From: Felis catus
Lineage: Eukaryota
Assembly (NCBI RefSeq): GCF_018350175.1
Contig: NC_058368.1
Span: 202,928,001-202,992,000 of the forward strand
Direction: 5' to 3'
Length of the DNA stretch: 64,000 bases
Under the pieces are notes generated by a model. The model did not search any database and was not told where the DNA came from. It saw only the letters and a program-made list of their open reading frames with translations. Positions 12,593 to 25,344 of the stretch are shown here, in pieces. Positions within the stretch are counted from its first letter, which is position 1. The number at the start of each line of letters is the position of its first letter. Position numbers and translations under genes: made by a program.

Positions 12593-14582
12593 TAAACTTA
12601 TTTTTTAAAAGAAATTCTAATTGCCATCAATTAGGAGAAAAAAGCACATTAAAGTTGGAGCACATACTCCTCTTTTTTATATGATTATCTTATTTTTGCC
12701 TGATGGAATCTTTTCATATTAGATTAATGCTTTCCAATCCAAACAATTGGTTATTCTATCTTACTTCCTGAGACAGAAATTCCAGTAGAAGTGATCTTTT
12801 TGTTCAATGTTATAATTTGATAAAATTTCAACATAGTAATAATTAGAGAATTTGATGTCCAACTTAAAATAAAATGTCTTTGGAATAAAAGGCATCACTG
12901 TCTGGATCTTATACCAACACTCACTCAGTTGTCTTCTACAACACTAAAGCCTGTATCAAAATAACTCATACATGCTTCTTTAGGTCAGTCAGAAATAACC
13001 TCACAAAGGGCTGTGAGCATGCAGAATCATTATCTCATACTGCACAAATGAACCTCCTAAGGAGAAGATAAGGATTCAGATGTACTTTGCATTCTAAACA
13101 TTGTAAATTTACTCTAATTATGCATGTTTTGCAAACACTTAAAAATTTAAAACTACAACGTGTTGAATTATTGAGCTTAATTCTCTACATCGACAACAAA
13201 CTAGTGAAGGCTGTCTTATGTTTCTGTCTACAGGAGCAGTCAAATGAAAAAAAAAAAATCAGGCCTCTCCCCTGGGAACAAGTTAAGGTACACAGTGACT
13301 GGGGCCCCCTGCTGACCACATATCTCTCTAAGCATGACATAAATCGACTGCATACAACAGCAATGGTTTTCTTAAGCTGTGCAGCCTCACAAGGTAATTT
13401 GCAATGGAAAAAACGAAAACAAATCTCCCCTCCCTGACTCTTCAATATACACTGTGCAAGCTGCCACGTTGGAAGAAGAAAATCTGGAAGTTATTATTTG
13501 ATCTGGCTATGAAATTTTATTATTATCCCTTGGTTATTACATACTTGGAAAGTTTTTTTGAGAGAATATGAATTATTCATTTGAAGTAGGACATCAAATG
13601 CTATTGATCAAAGTGTTTGATTAAACCATGTTTTTAATGGTTATATGTAAGGATTAAAAAAACAGTAGTTAGGGCCTCTTACCTGGCAGGATAAAGATAG
13701 ATGATGAATTAAGGCCGAGCTTTCTAAAATGAACAATCTCTACGCTGAAAATTATCAGAAGAGAGAAAAATGCTTCTTACCAAAGCCTTAGACAGGAACA
13801 CGTGGGTCATTTTATTTAGACTTTTTGTTAAAGGAATTATTACTTTTTGTGTAAAGTATCATTATTAAATCGTGGTGTGCTTACAAGTTCAAGTCATAGA
13901 TATTTATACAATGCTGAAATACTATCCTATTAAGAGTTACAGAGAAAAGAATATTCACCAATCATACAGTTTGTAACCTAACAGAATACACTAACATTGC
14001 CCTATTTCCTCTTATTTTCTTGTTATTGTTATCTCTGGATACTTCAAATTAGTCTTATAATATTTTCTGAATCTCTGATATTAAGCAATCCCACATTAAA
14101 AGCTTGAATCCAATTATTCACAACATTCATATTTATGTTTTATATGTAATGCCTAAAACAAATATTCACAAAGGAGAGCTATTTGCATACACATGAAAGA
14201 TGTCCTTTTTATGAAGCTAATACAAACTGTAATTTACTGAGATACAAAAGAAGTTAATAGCCCCAAAACAATAGTTCTCTGGAAATACTAAAACACTCAA
14301 AAAACCATTCGATATGCACTTGAACATTTAGCCCATTTTCTGCTGTTGCTAGTCATGACTTTGAGGGGAAAAAGGACCAAGACTTTTGAATAAGCAAATA
14401 TTGTATTTAGCCATTGGAAGTGTAAACAGTGACACATAGAGTGATGTAAATAACCCTTGAAAACAATTATTCTGTTTCATGTTATCCTAGAACCTTGAAC
14501 AGAGAATGAGTTTTGAATCAGCCACCTGACAATGGGCGAGGTACTTAACACATACAGACTTGTTTTCTCAGCTGTGATATCA

Positions 14583-14650
14583 GTGTGTGTGTGTGTGTGT
14601 GTGTGTGTGTCTGTGTGTGTGTGTGTGTGTGTGTGTCTGTGCGTGTGTGT
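14583..14650 (+). repeat. (TG)n microsatellite, interrupted
   Basis: Seen directly. Confidence 0.97.
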
Positions 14651-15039
14651 ATCTGATGGAGCAACATTACTAAAAAATGTTCTGATCTCTTTCTAGTTCT
14701 AACCTTTCATGCCTGTGGGACTGATTATTACACCTTTTTTCACCTCTACATTTATCAAATTTGACCCATTTTAGACTCTTCCTTGTTCTACACACTCTAA
14801 TTTGGCAATTGTATTCACTCCCACGATCCCAATTTTACCAACTAATCCTGAACTCTTGATTCATATTCCTAACTGCCCCTGAACATTCCAATCAGGATGC
14901 TCATTCAGCCATTCCTTTATTTATTCAACACATTGTTTATTTTGTTTATTATATTTTTATTTCCTTTTATTTTGTATTTACAATATGCCATGTTGCAGGG
15001 ATTAAATGGAAAGGAAGATTTAAAAAGGTGTCTACTTTA

Positions 15040-15273
15040 CAGGCTCTCAATTAGAGAATGAATAAGTCACAGGGGTAAAAGTACAGCACAGGGAATAAAG
15101 TTAACAGTATCATGATAGCATTGTGTGGCGACAGACGGTAGCCACATGGGTGTTGAACATAGTTAATGTATAGATTTGTTGAATTTCTATGTTGTGCACC
15201 TGAAACTAATGTAACATTGTGTGTCAGCTGTATTTCAATAAAAATTTGAAAAATGGTTATATTAAGAGGTGAA
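15040..15273 (+). mobile_element. 5'-truncated carnivore L1 3' end
   Basis: TGTTGTGCACCTGAAACTAATGTAACATTGTGTGTCAGCTGTATTTCAATAAAA; perfect 18-bp TSD AAAAAGGTGTCTACTTTA at 15022-15039 and 15274-15291. Confidence 0.92.
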
Positions 15274-16824
15274 AAAAAGGTGTCTACTTTAATAAAATCT
15301 ACATTTTTTTTTAAACTTTCTATTGTTCCCAAACTTCCCTCTGAAATCTGCATTTCTTCCTATCTTCTCATCACTTAATGAATGTCACCAAACCACATTT
15401 CAATTTATGGCACTCTCTGAGACATGGGACCATGAAGGCTTTGGCCACTCTTTTTACATTCTGCCCCCAAGCCTTAGGATTTCTATCTTAAAAATAGTTC
15501 TCCTACATCACCTCCATTGCCTTAGGATGCTCAAAATCTTTTATTCAACAAACCTACATTAAGCATCTAATTTGTTAATGTTATTCTGCCTAAAAATTCA
15601 CAAAGCCATTATGAAATTCACTTCCACACATGTATCATTTCACATTTAAAACACACTGAACCCTCAATTCTCTCTCTAACCTTATAGAACGAATAATACT
15701 CTTAGTACTTCAGATGCTTAGTTTTCCAACATTAAAGATTCAAGGATTAGCCAACGACACTCATACCTACCCAACCCAAACCATTTTAATAAAAATCAGA
15801 TTTATGTTTACAACATGCAAACAATAGTGCAAACTATAAGCCACAAAAAAACAGAAACTATAAAAATGGGATGAGCAAAATCTATGCAGTGTGGAGTATA
15901 AAAAGGGTAAAATTCACTGAAGTGGGCTATGTATCAACTCCTATTACTCATATATACGTGTTTGTTGCTCATGATATTGTATCTCAAATGCTACTGTCGA
16001 AGACAATTTTCAAATATAAGGAATGATATATTAAGGTATATATCCATGTAAATGCATGGAAATTGGCTCTTATATATTTTAAGTGGTTGACAGTCAATGA
16101 TCACCTTGATGAGAGTCAAATGTGAAAAGGAAACTTAAAGTAGTTCTGCCTATCAGTACTCTAAATGCCATTTTATTTGAAAAGATCAAATAAGCAGTGC
16201 TCTTTGTCTTTATTTCTCCGTATCTCTTAGTGTTTTTTGAAGTTTTAAGTCCTTCTTTAAAATACCTGAAGTTTGAAAAACTTGAGATTTGAAATTTTCT
16301 TTGAAAAATAGGAGTAACAAAGGAATAGCATTTTTTGGCCCAGAGAGGAACTGACCCTAGTGATTTTTTTCCAGTTTCTGAAACTTTTCCTTACCCTTCC
16401 TCTTCTATTTCTCATGTGGCACCATGGTGGTCATGTTTCTCAAAGAACTAAATAAGGAAGCAGCTGATGGAGAAGGGACAGAAAGTAAGGAGGGAGGCAA
16501 GGCTGAGTAGCCGATTCTGAAGATAAATCCCTCGAAGATAAATGAGCATTGTTTCCTGCCCCTGGTCAGTGTGACCACCTCATGCCAGAACTGGATGCAT
16601 AAAATACAAGCACTTTGTTCTTTTCAGAGTGTGAAGAATGGGGCAGACTCATCATTGTACATCACAATCTGTTTACCTGTGATATAATTAGTAAAATTTC
16701 ATGAACTTTAGATTTTTCTTAAGTTTTGTCTCTAGTTTTTATCATCGGAATTCATTAATGTCAGTTTTGCAGGAAGTACTTCACACTTTTATTCAAATAT
16801 CACTATGTCAAACCAAGAATATTT

Positions 16825-17080
16825 GCCTGAACATTTTGTAAGAATTTACAATGTGCCAGGCATTGTTCTAAACACAGTAAATGGATAAACTGATTTAATC
16901 TTCACATCAACGTTATCAGTAGTCTTTTTTGGTTCAGTTTTTTAATCTAAAATGTATACACAAACTCACTGAGGTGCCCAGAGATTAAGCAATTTGCCCA
17001 AGGTCATAGGGCAAGGAAATAATGCAGGAAGGAAATATTCTGGGCCAGCCATCTGGCTCCAGAACAAATGCTTAAAAGCT
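16825..17080 (-). mobile_element. MIR
   Basis: ATGTGCCAGGCATTGTTCTAAAC...ACTGAGGTGCCCAGAGATTAAGCAATTTGCCCAAGGTCA. Confidence 0.75.
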
Positions 17081-17596
17081 ATTGAGTGACTTGTTGGTCT
17101 ACAGAATTTACCTTACGGATCTGGATTTGAAGTAGAAAATCAATCATACTGAGGAACTTTCACCTTATAGGGCCATTTCATAAATACTCATGGCAAAGTT
17201 CGTAGGATGGAGGAGAAGAAATAAGTGGTCAGGAGTGTTCAGAGAGACCACCGAAATCTAACTCATTATGGGGACTGAACTAAAGAGATCCAAGGACAGG
17301 ATGAATTTCATAAATACTAGTAGCACTTTTCCTGTCACTTCTCCTATTCTCTGTGCTCCTTTTCTGAACTAAAGCAGCTACAGACTCTGATCTTCTCTGA
17401 TCTGATCAGATTTGCCCCCTCCTGGCCTCTTCCCAGTTTAGTGGTTTTGCAGGTGGTTTTGCAGGAGTAAGGTTGGTAGGCTCAAATCCAAGCTAAAATC
17501 AATTTCTTTCTTTGTAAAATGGTAATAGTACTGGTATCTACAACCACATTGCTAGGGGATCGGTGCAATATTCCAAGCATGTGTAATTAAGAAAAT

Positions 17597-17800
17597 ATTT
17601 TTTAATGTTTATTTTTAAGAGAGAGAGAGAGACAGAGTGCAAGTGGGGGAGGGGTAGAGAAGAGGAGACAGAATCAGAAGCAGGCTCCAGGCTCTGAGCT
17701 GTCAGCACAGAGCCTGACGTGGGGCTCGAACTCACAGACTGTGAGATCATGACCTGAGCTGAAGTCAGATGCTTAACCAACTGAGCCACCCAAGTGCCCC
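17597..17800 (-). mobile_element. Can-SINE inserted in a MIR
   Basis: Full body; degenerate TSD starting TCCAAG; MIR-like flanks ~17505-17860. Confidence 0.95.
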
Positions 17801-18797
17801 TCCAAGTAATGTTTAGCATAGAGTCGGGCACAGAGTAAATAGCATCAGCTATTAGTATTGATCTTAATAGTCTTATTTCTTTTTTCCTTGTCACCTGCTC
17901 TCTTCCTTCACTTTTTGCCTTGTCACCTGCTCTCTTTCTTCCTGCTAGCTGCTGGATGACCTTCATAATGTTTAAACTAATTTTTAAATGATGATTATCA
18001 GTAGCTGAAGTCAACTACCTTGAGGGATCTTCCTTGTTTATGTGACAGTAATCTGCTATCTCAGCTGCAAATCTTTTGGGAAATAGGAGAATATTTCTTT
18101 GGACTGTTAGGCTAGGTCAGCTTAATTGTTGGGAAGTGCTTCATGAGTCAAAGCCCTTGGACAAACAAAAGGACGTATTCTATTTTGAAACAGAAAGTTG
18201 TCTCATTTAGGTTTGGGATTAAACAGAGGAGAAGAGGGAGATAATAGCTCAGTTGTGCCTACTCTGCATTTGGGGCTGGATAAACACTCTCACAGTCTCA
18301 TTTCATATTCCCAATGATGGGTAAATGCATTACCCCCCTCATGTTACAGATGAGGACAATGAAATTGGAAATGATAAGTCATCTCCCCAAACATCACACT
18401 TCTCTATTCAGCTAAAGTTTATGATCTTTCTATAGCTCAAAGTAATATATCTGAGCAGACATCATTAAGACAATTCAAAACATTCTGGTGACTCAGAATA
18501 GAGAATTCAATGAAAGAAAAAGCATGGAAACCAACATTCAAATAACAATAAGTCCTTTGCAAACAGTAAAACTGTTTTTTCAGAGTGCCATGAGCTGTAA
18601 ATAAATAAAAAGAATTTGTAACCATCAAAATTTTGCATTCTAAATATATGCAATATGTTCTTCAGAGCTGAATTTATAGAATTATTATAATGCTTTCATC
18701 TATTTGTGCGAAAATGATGGTCTGGATAACAAGAATCCAGAGATCCCTTCAAAACTACAAACACCATCAGCATTCTGTCCTTTAAATTCACATTTTA

Positions 18798-18987
18798 GGG
18801 GCACCTGGGGGGCTCAGTCAGTTAAGCTTCCAACTTTGACTCACATCATGATCTCATGGCTTATGAGTTCGAGCCCCACATCTGGCTTGCTGCTGTTATT
18901 CAGAGCCTGCTTCGGATCCTCTGTCCTCTCTCTGCCCCTCCCCTGTTCTTTCTCTTTCTCTCAAAAATGCATAAACATTAAAAAATT
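18798..18987 (+). mobile_element. Can-SINE
   Basis: Head, CT region and tail; TSD TTTAAATTCACATT at 18781 and 18988. Confidence 0.95.
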
Positions 18988-19959
18988 TTTAAATTCACAT
19001 TCTGTGTTTGCTTTCCCCTTTCAAGGTTATTCTTGTCATTAATTTTGTATTTCCTTTCTCATCACTTTTCCCACCCTTACCACAGGATAAGCCCAACAAA
19101 ACTTGTAAGGTCAATATTTAGAAATAAAAACAATATTCAGCCATGCTTTTCTACATTCTCCTAAGAAAGAAGGCTTATTAGAACTTTCCAAATGTAACAA
19201 GAATTGTCCCCTCCAGAATCAGACATAATGTTTGTTAATCCTATGGAAGAATATAGAAACCATTGCTCTCTTGTACCCAGTTTATTTAGCCTTGGGACCC
19301 AGCTTTATTTTGCCTTTCCCCCTTATCTTTTTTAGTTAGTATTGCTTATTCATTGCATATATTCTCCTATCAGATGCTGCTAGCATACATTTAAAACTCC
19401 ATGCTTCTTATGAAGATGTTTCTCTGTCAATAGCATAGGTGTTTTTCAGGCACTGTTATGCACATAAAATTTGTTTTCTGTCTTGTGTTGTCTGACCATG
19501 CTTAGCTTAGCTGTGTTAATCTTTTTGCCTCCAACTGTACAGTTAGTGGCTTCATTCATGCAACAAATATTTATTGACTTTCACTATATACAAGGCACAG
19601 TAGAGACTGACTGGACTATGGGTTCCCCAGTAGAATCTGGTACAAAGCCGGACATGTGGTAGTTGAGATATATGTAGTTACTAGGTTCATTGAAACTGAC
19701 AATTAAAATATGAAACGCAAGCAGACAATAGCCTGTCTTCATAGCCACAGAGAATGGCTTAGCTAAAATAATCAGTTTTGTCTATATCCAGGATATGAAC
19801 AGAAGCCAGATTGTATTACTTTTTTAAAACATGTATTATAAAACAGGATGAATTTCTCTATACTTTCATCACAATTACCAGTCATAGATGCAGTTCTAGA
19901 AATCAAATTAATAGTTATAAACTGTAGTTCATAAATATATAAGCCAATAAATATACATA

Positions 19960-20600
19960 TATTTATTCATTCAACAAGCATTTATAGCACTTATGAGCAC
20001 CAAGCATGTACAGTGGCACATATTAAGGAGAGGACAGAAAGGTGTACTCTTTGTTCTTGGGTATCTTAGAGTCCACGGGGAAGATGGATATTCAAACAAA
20101 ATTTCAGTGAACTGTCACAACTACCAATATAGAGAAGTACAACAGACTATGAAGGAGCAGGAGAAAAGATAAAATTTTCTTCTTTATTGTGGAGTGGAAA
20201 TCAGAGACACAACAGATGAGCCAGTGCTGAGCTGATGCTCAAACTGATGACTAGAGATTTGGAGGAGAGGCAAGGTGTGCCGTGGATGCGGGGTGATGGG
20301 AGAGCATGGGAGACTCTCAGATGCAAGCGATATTACAGGTAGAGACTGCAGCCAGTGTTTTCCAAGGTTGGAGTGTCTTGTAAATAGAGAAAGTCGACGG
20401 AAGTGAAGTGGGGCAAGTGCAGGACGTGTAAAGTGGGCAACCTTGTGAGCCAGGGGTGGAGCCTGAACGTAATCTAATGAATGGTGGAAAGACACAGAGG
20501 AATTTAAAGTGGAGACACGTCATGACCTACTTTGAAAAAGCAGAGGCAGACTATCGAGGTGCCAACACTGGAGGCTGGGAGGACCTGCTACGAATTGAAT
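19960..20600 (-). mobile_element. L2 3' region
   Basis: ATTCATTCAACAAGCATTTA L2 terminus followed by purine-rich antisense L2-like sequence. Confidence 0.65.
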
Positions 20601-20850
20601 AGTACTAATAAATGTGGGTTCACCTCTGTGCTGGGGCAAAATCACAGCATCACTGTCCTCTGAGTGTTTCCATTCCTTCCTGCCCACCCCCCAAAACGTG
20701 AAAAGGAAAACAAATAATTTATGTGTAGGTAGGTAGATAAAAAGAGCCATAACCTAAGCACTTTTTGAAACTACATAATTATCTCCAGCTGTTGATTACC
20801 ATGTATTTAAGAAAAACAAAACTTTAGATTTTTTTCTTTTTTCTTAGACT

Positions 20851-20885
20851 TACACACACACGCACACACACACATACACACACAC
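20851..20885 (+). repeat. (CA)n microsatellite
   Basis: Seen directly. Confidence 0.95.
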
Positions 20886-20943
20886 CACTGAGATCTCATT
20901 TGTCATTTTTTGAGGTGTTATCTCTGCTTCTTCAGTATAATGT

Positions 20944-21016
20944 TGTGTGTGTGTGTGTGCACGTGTGTGTGCACGTACGTGTGTGTGTGTGTGTGTGTGT
21001 GCACTTGTGTGTGTGT
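20944..21016 (+). repeat. (TG)n microsatellite with GCAC/GTAC interruptions
   Basis: Seen directly. Confidence 0.95.
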
Positions 21017-21218
21017 TTCAATTTAGACATAGGTTTTCTGGGAAAAAAATCAGCCATGTGAAAATAAAATTTGGTGGGTTTTGTTTGTTTTGTTTTATCT
21101 GCTTGTTTGTTTGTTTTTTTTTTTTGGTGTTTTCTTTATAAGCCATACTAATGAATTTGAGAAACCTGTGACCAGGAAGTTATGCCTAGTTGGCTACATT
21201 TGGCTCAATCCATAAGTG

Positions 21219-21650
21219 GTGTATCAGTTTTCAGTTCAGGAAAAAACAGAGAACACTCTAAATACACCAAATAGAATGGTATCTGATGTGGTCGTTAGTT
21301 GTTTACAGATCACAGCAAAGTTTGTATGGTCAGAGGTGAGACAAACCCTTTTCCAGCTTCCAGGATATCCAACCAGTTGCAGGAGTTTCAAGAAACCACT
21401 ACAGATGAGCTCACTGCTTGCAGCACTCAAGCAGGTGATTTGCAGAATACCTGGACTCTGATGACATATCACCTATCTGCTCTCAACTGAAAGAGTGCCC
21501 ACCACTGTCAAGGGAATAGTGACATCTACTTCCTTTCACCTTTTAAGCTATGTATACCTCTCAGTGGTGAAACCTAAGCTAGAGATGGCAAGAGAGTCAA
21601 TCAAATGTAATTTCCAGGCTTCCCGCCCTAACTACAAAGGACATGTGTAG
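21219..21650 (-). mobile_element. Ancient ERVL-type LTR (LTR33/LTR41-like)
   Basis: TGTATCAGTTTTCAGTTCAGGAAAAAACAGAGAACACTCTA resembles the reverse complement of the end of the LTR at 62008-62670; far boundary uncertain. Confidence 0.45.
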
Positions 21651-22035
21651 GAAAAATGAGAACCACGTGAAGATGACAGCAGACATGCTGGGTCACATGG
21701 GTGTGCCATGCTGGGGATCATTCACACGGCATTTGTTCACCCAAGTAACATTTGCTTACTTGTACAAAGAAAAGCTCAAACCTCAAATAGAAGGTCAGTA
21801 GATTCTAGTGAAGTTTGAATGTTTAGTAAATACAAGGATATAATAATTAATATTAATTGCAGTAAAATGTAGTCACTCACTAATACTAATTTAAAAATTA
21901 TTTCTGAATATTGCTATCCAGCTTGAATATCTATAAATTTCATTTTTATCTTTTAACTTGTGAATACTTAAAAATACAAGTTGAATATCATCTGAAGAAA
22001 ATTTCTACTAATTCATCAGTTAAAAGAGGCATTGA

Positions 22036-22254
22036 GGGGCGCCTGGGTGGCTCAGTCAGCTAAGCATCTGACTTGATTTCAGCTCAGGTCATGACCTCAC
22101 GGTTCATGAGTTCAAGCCCTGCATTGGGCTCTGCACTGACAAGCAGTATGGAACCTGCTTGGGATTTTCTCTGGGCCTCTCTCTCTCTCAGGCCCTCCCC
22201 TGCCCATGCTTACTCTCTCTCTCCCTCTCTCAAAATCCATAAATAAACTTAAAT
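22036..22254 (+). mobile_element. Can-SINE
   Basis: Full body; TSD ending AGGCATTGA on both sides. Confidence 0.95.
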
Positions 22255-23706
22255 AAAAAGGCATTGAACAAAATATCAATTTTTTGGAACTACAAAAATA
22301 TAATTTATAAGCAAAGTATTGTATAATATAGGTACTTATGCAAAAGACTATGTTTTTCAAGGCCGAGTTTGAGGTGTTTTGTTTCAAAATTTAGTTATTA
22401 GACATCTTCCATTTAGACCTGTTTTCTGATTCCTTTTTCTTTAAATCTGCATAGTTAAACTGAACCGTAAACACTTTATTAAAGATTAAATAGGTTCTCT
22501 AAAATTATTTTTTCCTATACAGATAATTAGAAAATATTGTTTGCTTTCTGTTTAAACTTAATTTGAAATAAATTAGACATAAATGGGATATTAGTATTTT
22601 TCCTATAAATTAGCTAATTATTTCTTCTTATATTAAAATGGAAGTCATTTTTATTTAGCTTATAAAACCATTAAGTAGCAATATAATATAAACTGTGACT
22701 AATATCATAAAGATAACTTTTATAAATATGATTCTAATTGTGTCCCTCAGCATAGAATACAAAAGTGAATTCCTTATTATAGAAAGGAAGTAATTATAAT
22801 GTAAAAACTATAATGTTCCAGTTGCCATAATAATAATAATCAATCTTAATTGCCATGATGAAACTCAAATAATTATCTCTAAAATTTGTGTTCCATATAA
22901 ATCCCACAATTAAAGTGCTTACTTTTCAGTATCACTTAAATAATAGTAATAAAATCTAAAAGGAATCAATTATATGTAAAATCCTAACCAAAATAATATA
23001 ATTCAATTATTGTGTTACCTGTTTCAAAGGACTGTTATAATAATAAAATGAAGTAATCAATGAATATTATTGTTATTAATCTTGCTACTAAAGAGGGATT
23101 ATTTAATACTGCTTGGAATGTAGAGAAAATTACAAAATGTGTGTTACTGTTGTAATAAGGAAATAAGAATAAAGTTAGAAAACAAAATATTGATACACTG
23201 TTTATAATACTAAATCCTCTAACAAAACATGTCTATTAACATTTCTGACTTCATTTCATGATACAGGTTTATTGTACCTTATAATCAGAATCTTACATAC
23301 TTTGCTCATTGAATTAGTGGCTATACCAAAGCAGGAACTCTACCAAGAACTGGAAATACTTAGGAGGTAGTTTTCAGCGAAGGCTAAAAAAACTAATATG
23401 GATGTCTTCTATTGGAGTTTACAGTTGAATGGTGGAGAAAGGCATTGGTAAACTATTCAAACAGTTCTATCATGGTTGTGAAAATGGCAAATGGACATGT
23501 ACAATGCTCTTTCAGAATAAATAACATAGTGCTGTGACTCAAGCTTGAAGTCCAGAATGACATCTAAAATAGAATCTTAAATATTTATTATTAGGAGTTA
23601 CACAGGCCAATAAAACAAAGATAGAAAGAAAGAAAAGAGAGTGTTGTTGGCAGTGATGGAGAGGTTATGAGTGGAGAAAAATTCTGGTGTATTGGTTTAA
23701 TGGAGA

Positions 23707-23747
<41 letters not shown>
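23707..23747 (+). repeat. (AAT)13 microsatellite
   Basis: Seen directly; source of the poly-Tyr pseudo-ORF. Confidence 0.97.
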
Positions 23748-23749
<2 letters not shown>

Positions 23750-23991
23750 GTTACCTGCTATTTTGGAACTCACATTAGTAAGGTGACTACCCATAGGAGA
23801 TGATCAATTAGTGAACGTGAAACAAAACAAACCTATACAATATTAAGTTTTGGATTGGTTTCATGTCTCATTCACTCTGATGAAAACAAAACAAAACAAA
23901 AATCCATAAACTCAGGAATCAGGAAGCTATTCCTGGGTTTATTATTTGTTTCAATTTAAAAAATGTATATACAGATACTTGATGTTATGTT

Positions 23992-24184
23992 GAGTGTTTC
24001 TCAAAGTGGAATCCTAGGACCATATGAAAAACAATCAACAGAGAAGCTTATTAAAATGCTTATTCCTGGACTTCCGGATGTCTTATTCACACATGCTGGA
24101 AGAGAATCTCTGAAGTGAAACTCATACATTTGCACTTTAACGTCCCTGATTGTATTTATGCATGCTAAATTTTTGAGAATCACA
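23992..24184. mobile_element. MER5-like hAT-Charlie MITE
   Basis: Termini GAGTGTTTCTCAAAGTG and TTTTTGAGAATCAC; ~190 bp; internal TTATTAAAATGC. Confidence 0.65.
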
Positions 24185-24916
24185 AATGTAGATGAAAGGG
24201 TGTGCCTGTGACTTTTCCCATGTCCCTGCCAAGATCAGTAAAGAAAAGATTTCTGCTTTCTTTGCCACTTGAAGAAAGCTGGAATAAGCACTCAAGAATT
24301 CTCCATTACCTTTACTTTCTCCCTTCTACTGGAGATCTATCTGGTGAAATTAAGGTAAGTCTGACATTCATAGAGTCCATTGACAAAAGGCAGAATGACT
24401 GCATTAAAATCAAACAGACATAAAAATGGCTCTCTCATTTTCCTTTCTCTTGAACTATCACTATCTTAAGCAGAACAACTTCTCTCCTCTTCAGCATTCA
24501 CGTGATAAACTCACCGTATTAGGACCTCTTCCTCCATGGAAAAGTTTGCAATCTGGTGAAAGGGTGGTTAAATTCACTTTAGAGGCAGAGATGAGTCAAA
24601 GCCACATCTAATCCAGGTTTATCAGAAATTTTTGTATTACAGGTAGTAAAGTTGTTACTTTTATTTGCCACCTTGCAACTTGGTCAGAGCCCAGGATGTG
24701 ATGGATAAAGGACTGGTACCCTAAACTTCCAACACAGATTAAAAGTCCAGTAAAAATCTCTACAACTTTTGGGATTTTACTTTCAAAAAAGGAAGAGTAT
24801 ATGACGCTTTATTAAAGTCTATGACTATACTTAATCAAATGTATTTATTAAGTTAATATAAAGAATATAGGATCCCCACTATTAATCCTTAGTACAATTA
24901 AAATATCAAGTAACCC

Positions 24917-25128
24917 GGGGAGCCTGGGTGACTCAGTTGGTTATGCATCTGACTTGGGCTCAGGTCCTGATCACACAGTTCATGGGTTTGAGCCCTGTGT
25001 TGGTCTCTGTGCTGACAGCTCAGAGCCTGGAGCCTGCTTCAGATTCTGTCTCCCTCTCTCTCTGCCCCTCTCCTGCTCACATTCTCTCTGTCTCTCTCAA
25101 AAATAAATAAACATTAAAAAACAATTCA
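24917..25128 (+). mobile_element. Can-SINE (first of a tandem pair)
   Basis: TSD AAAATATCAAGTA(A/T)CCC at 24900-24916 and 25129-25145. Confidence 0.95.
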
Positions 25129-25146
25129 AAAATATCAAGTATCCCT

Positions 25147-25344
25147 AGAGCGCCTGAGTGGTTCAGTCGGTTGTGTGTCTGACTTCCCCTCGCGTCATGA
25201 TCTCACAGTCCATGAATCTGAGCCCCATGTCAGGCTTTGCGCTGACAGCAGAGTCTGCTTCTCTCTCTCTGTCCCTTCCCTGCTTGTGCACTCTCTGTCT
25301 CTCTCTCAAAAATAAATATACATAGAAAAAGTTTTAAAAAATAT
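25147..25344 (+). mobile_element. Can-SINE (second of a tandem pair, more diverged)
   Basis: AGAGCGCCTGAGTGGTTCAGTCGG head; followed by a third TSD-like copy ATATGTCAAGTGCCCCT. Confidence 0.92.

Noticed and set aside
17538..18014. Longest ORF in the track (158 aa)
   Set aside because: It runs through a SINE and a MIR, starts at a non-ATG codon and has no coding signature.
24234..24360. Strong donor AAG|GTAAGT with an upstream open frame
   Set aside because: The acceptor is weak and the peptide unrecognised; isolated donors are common by chance.
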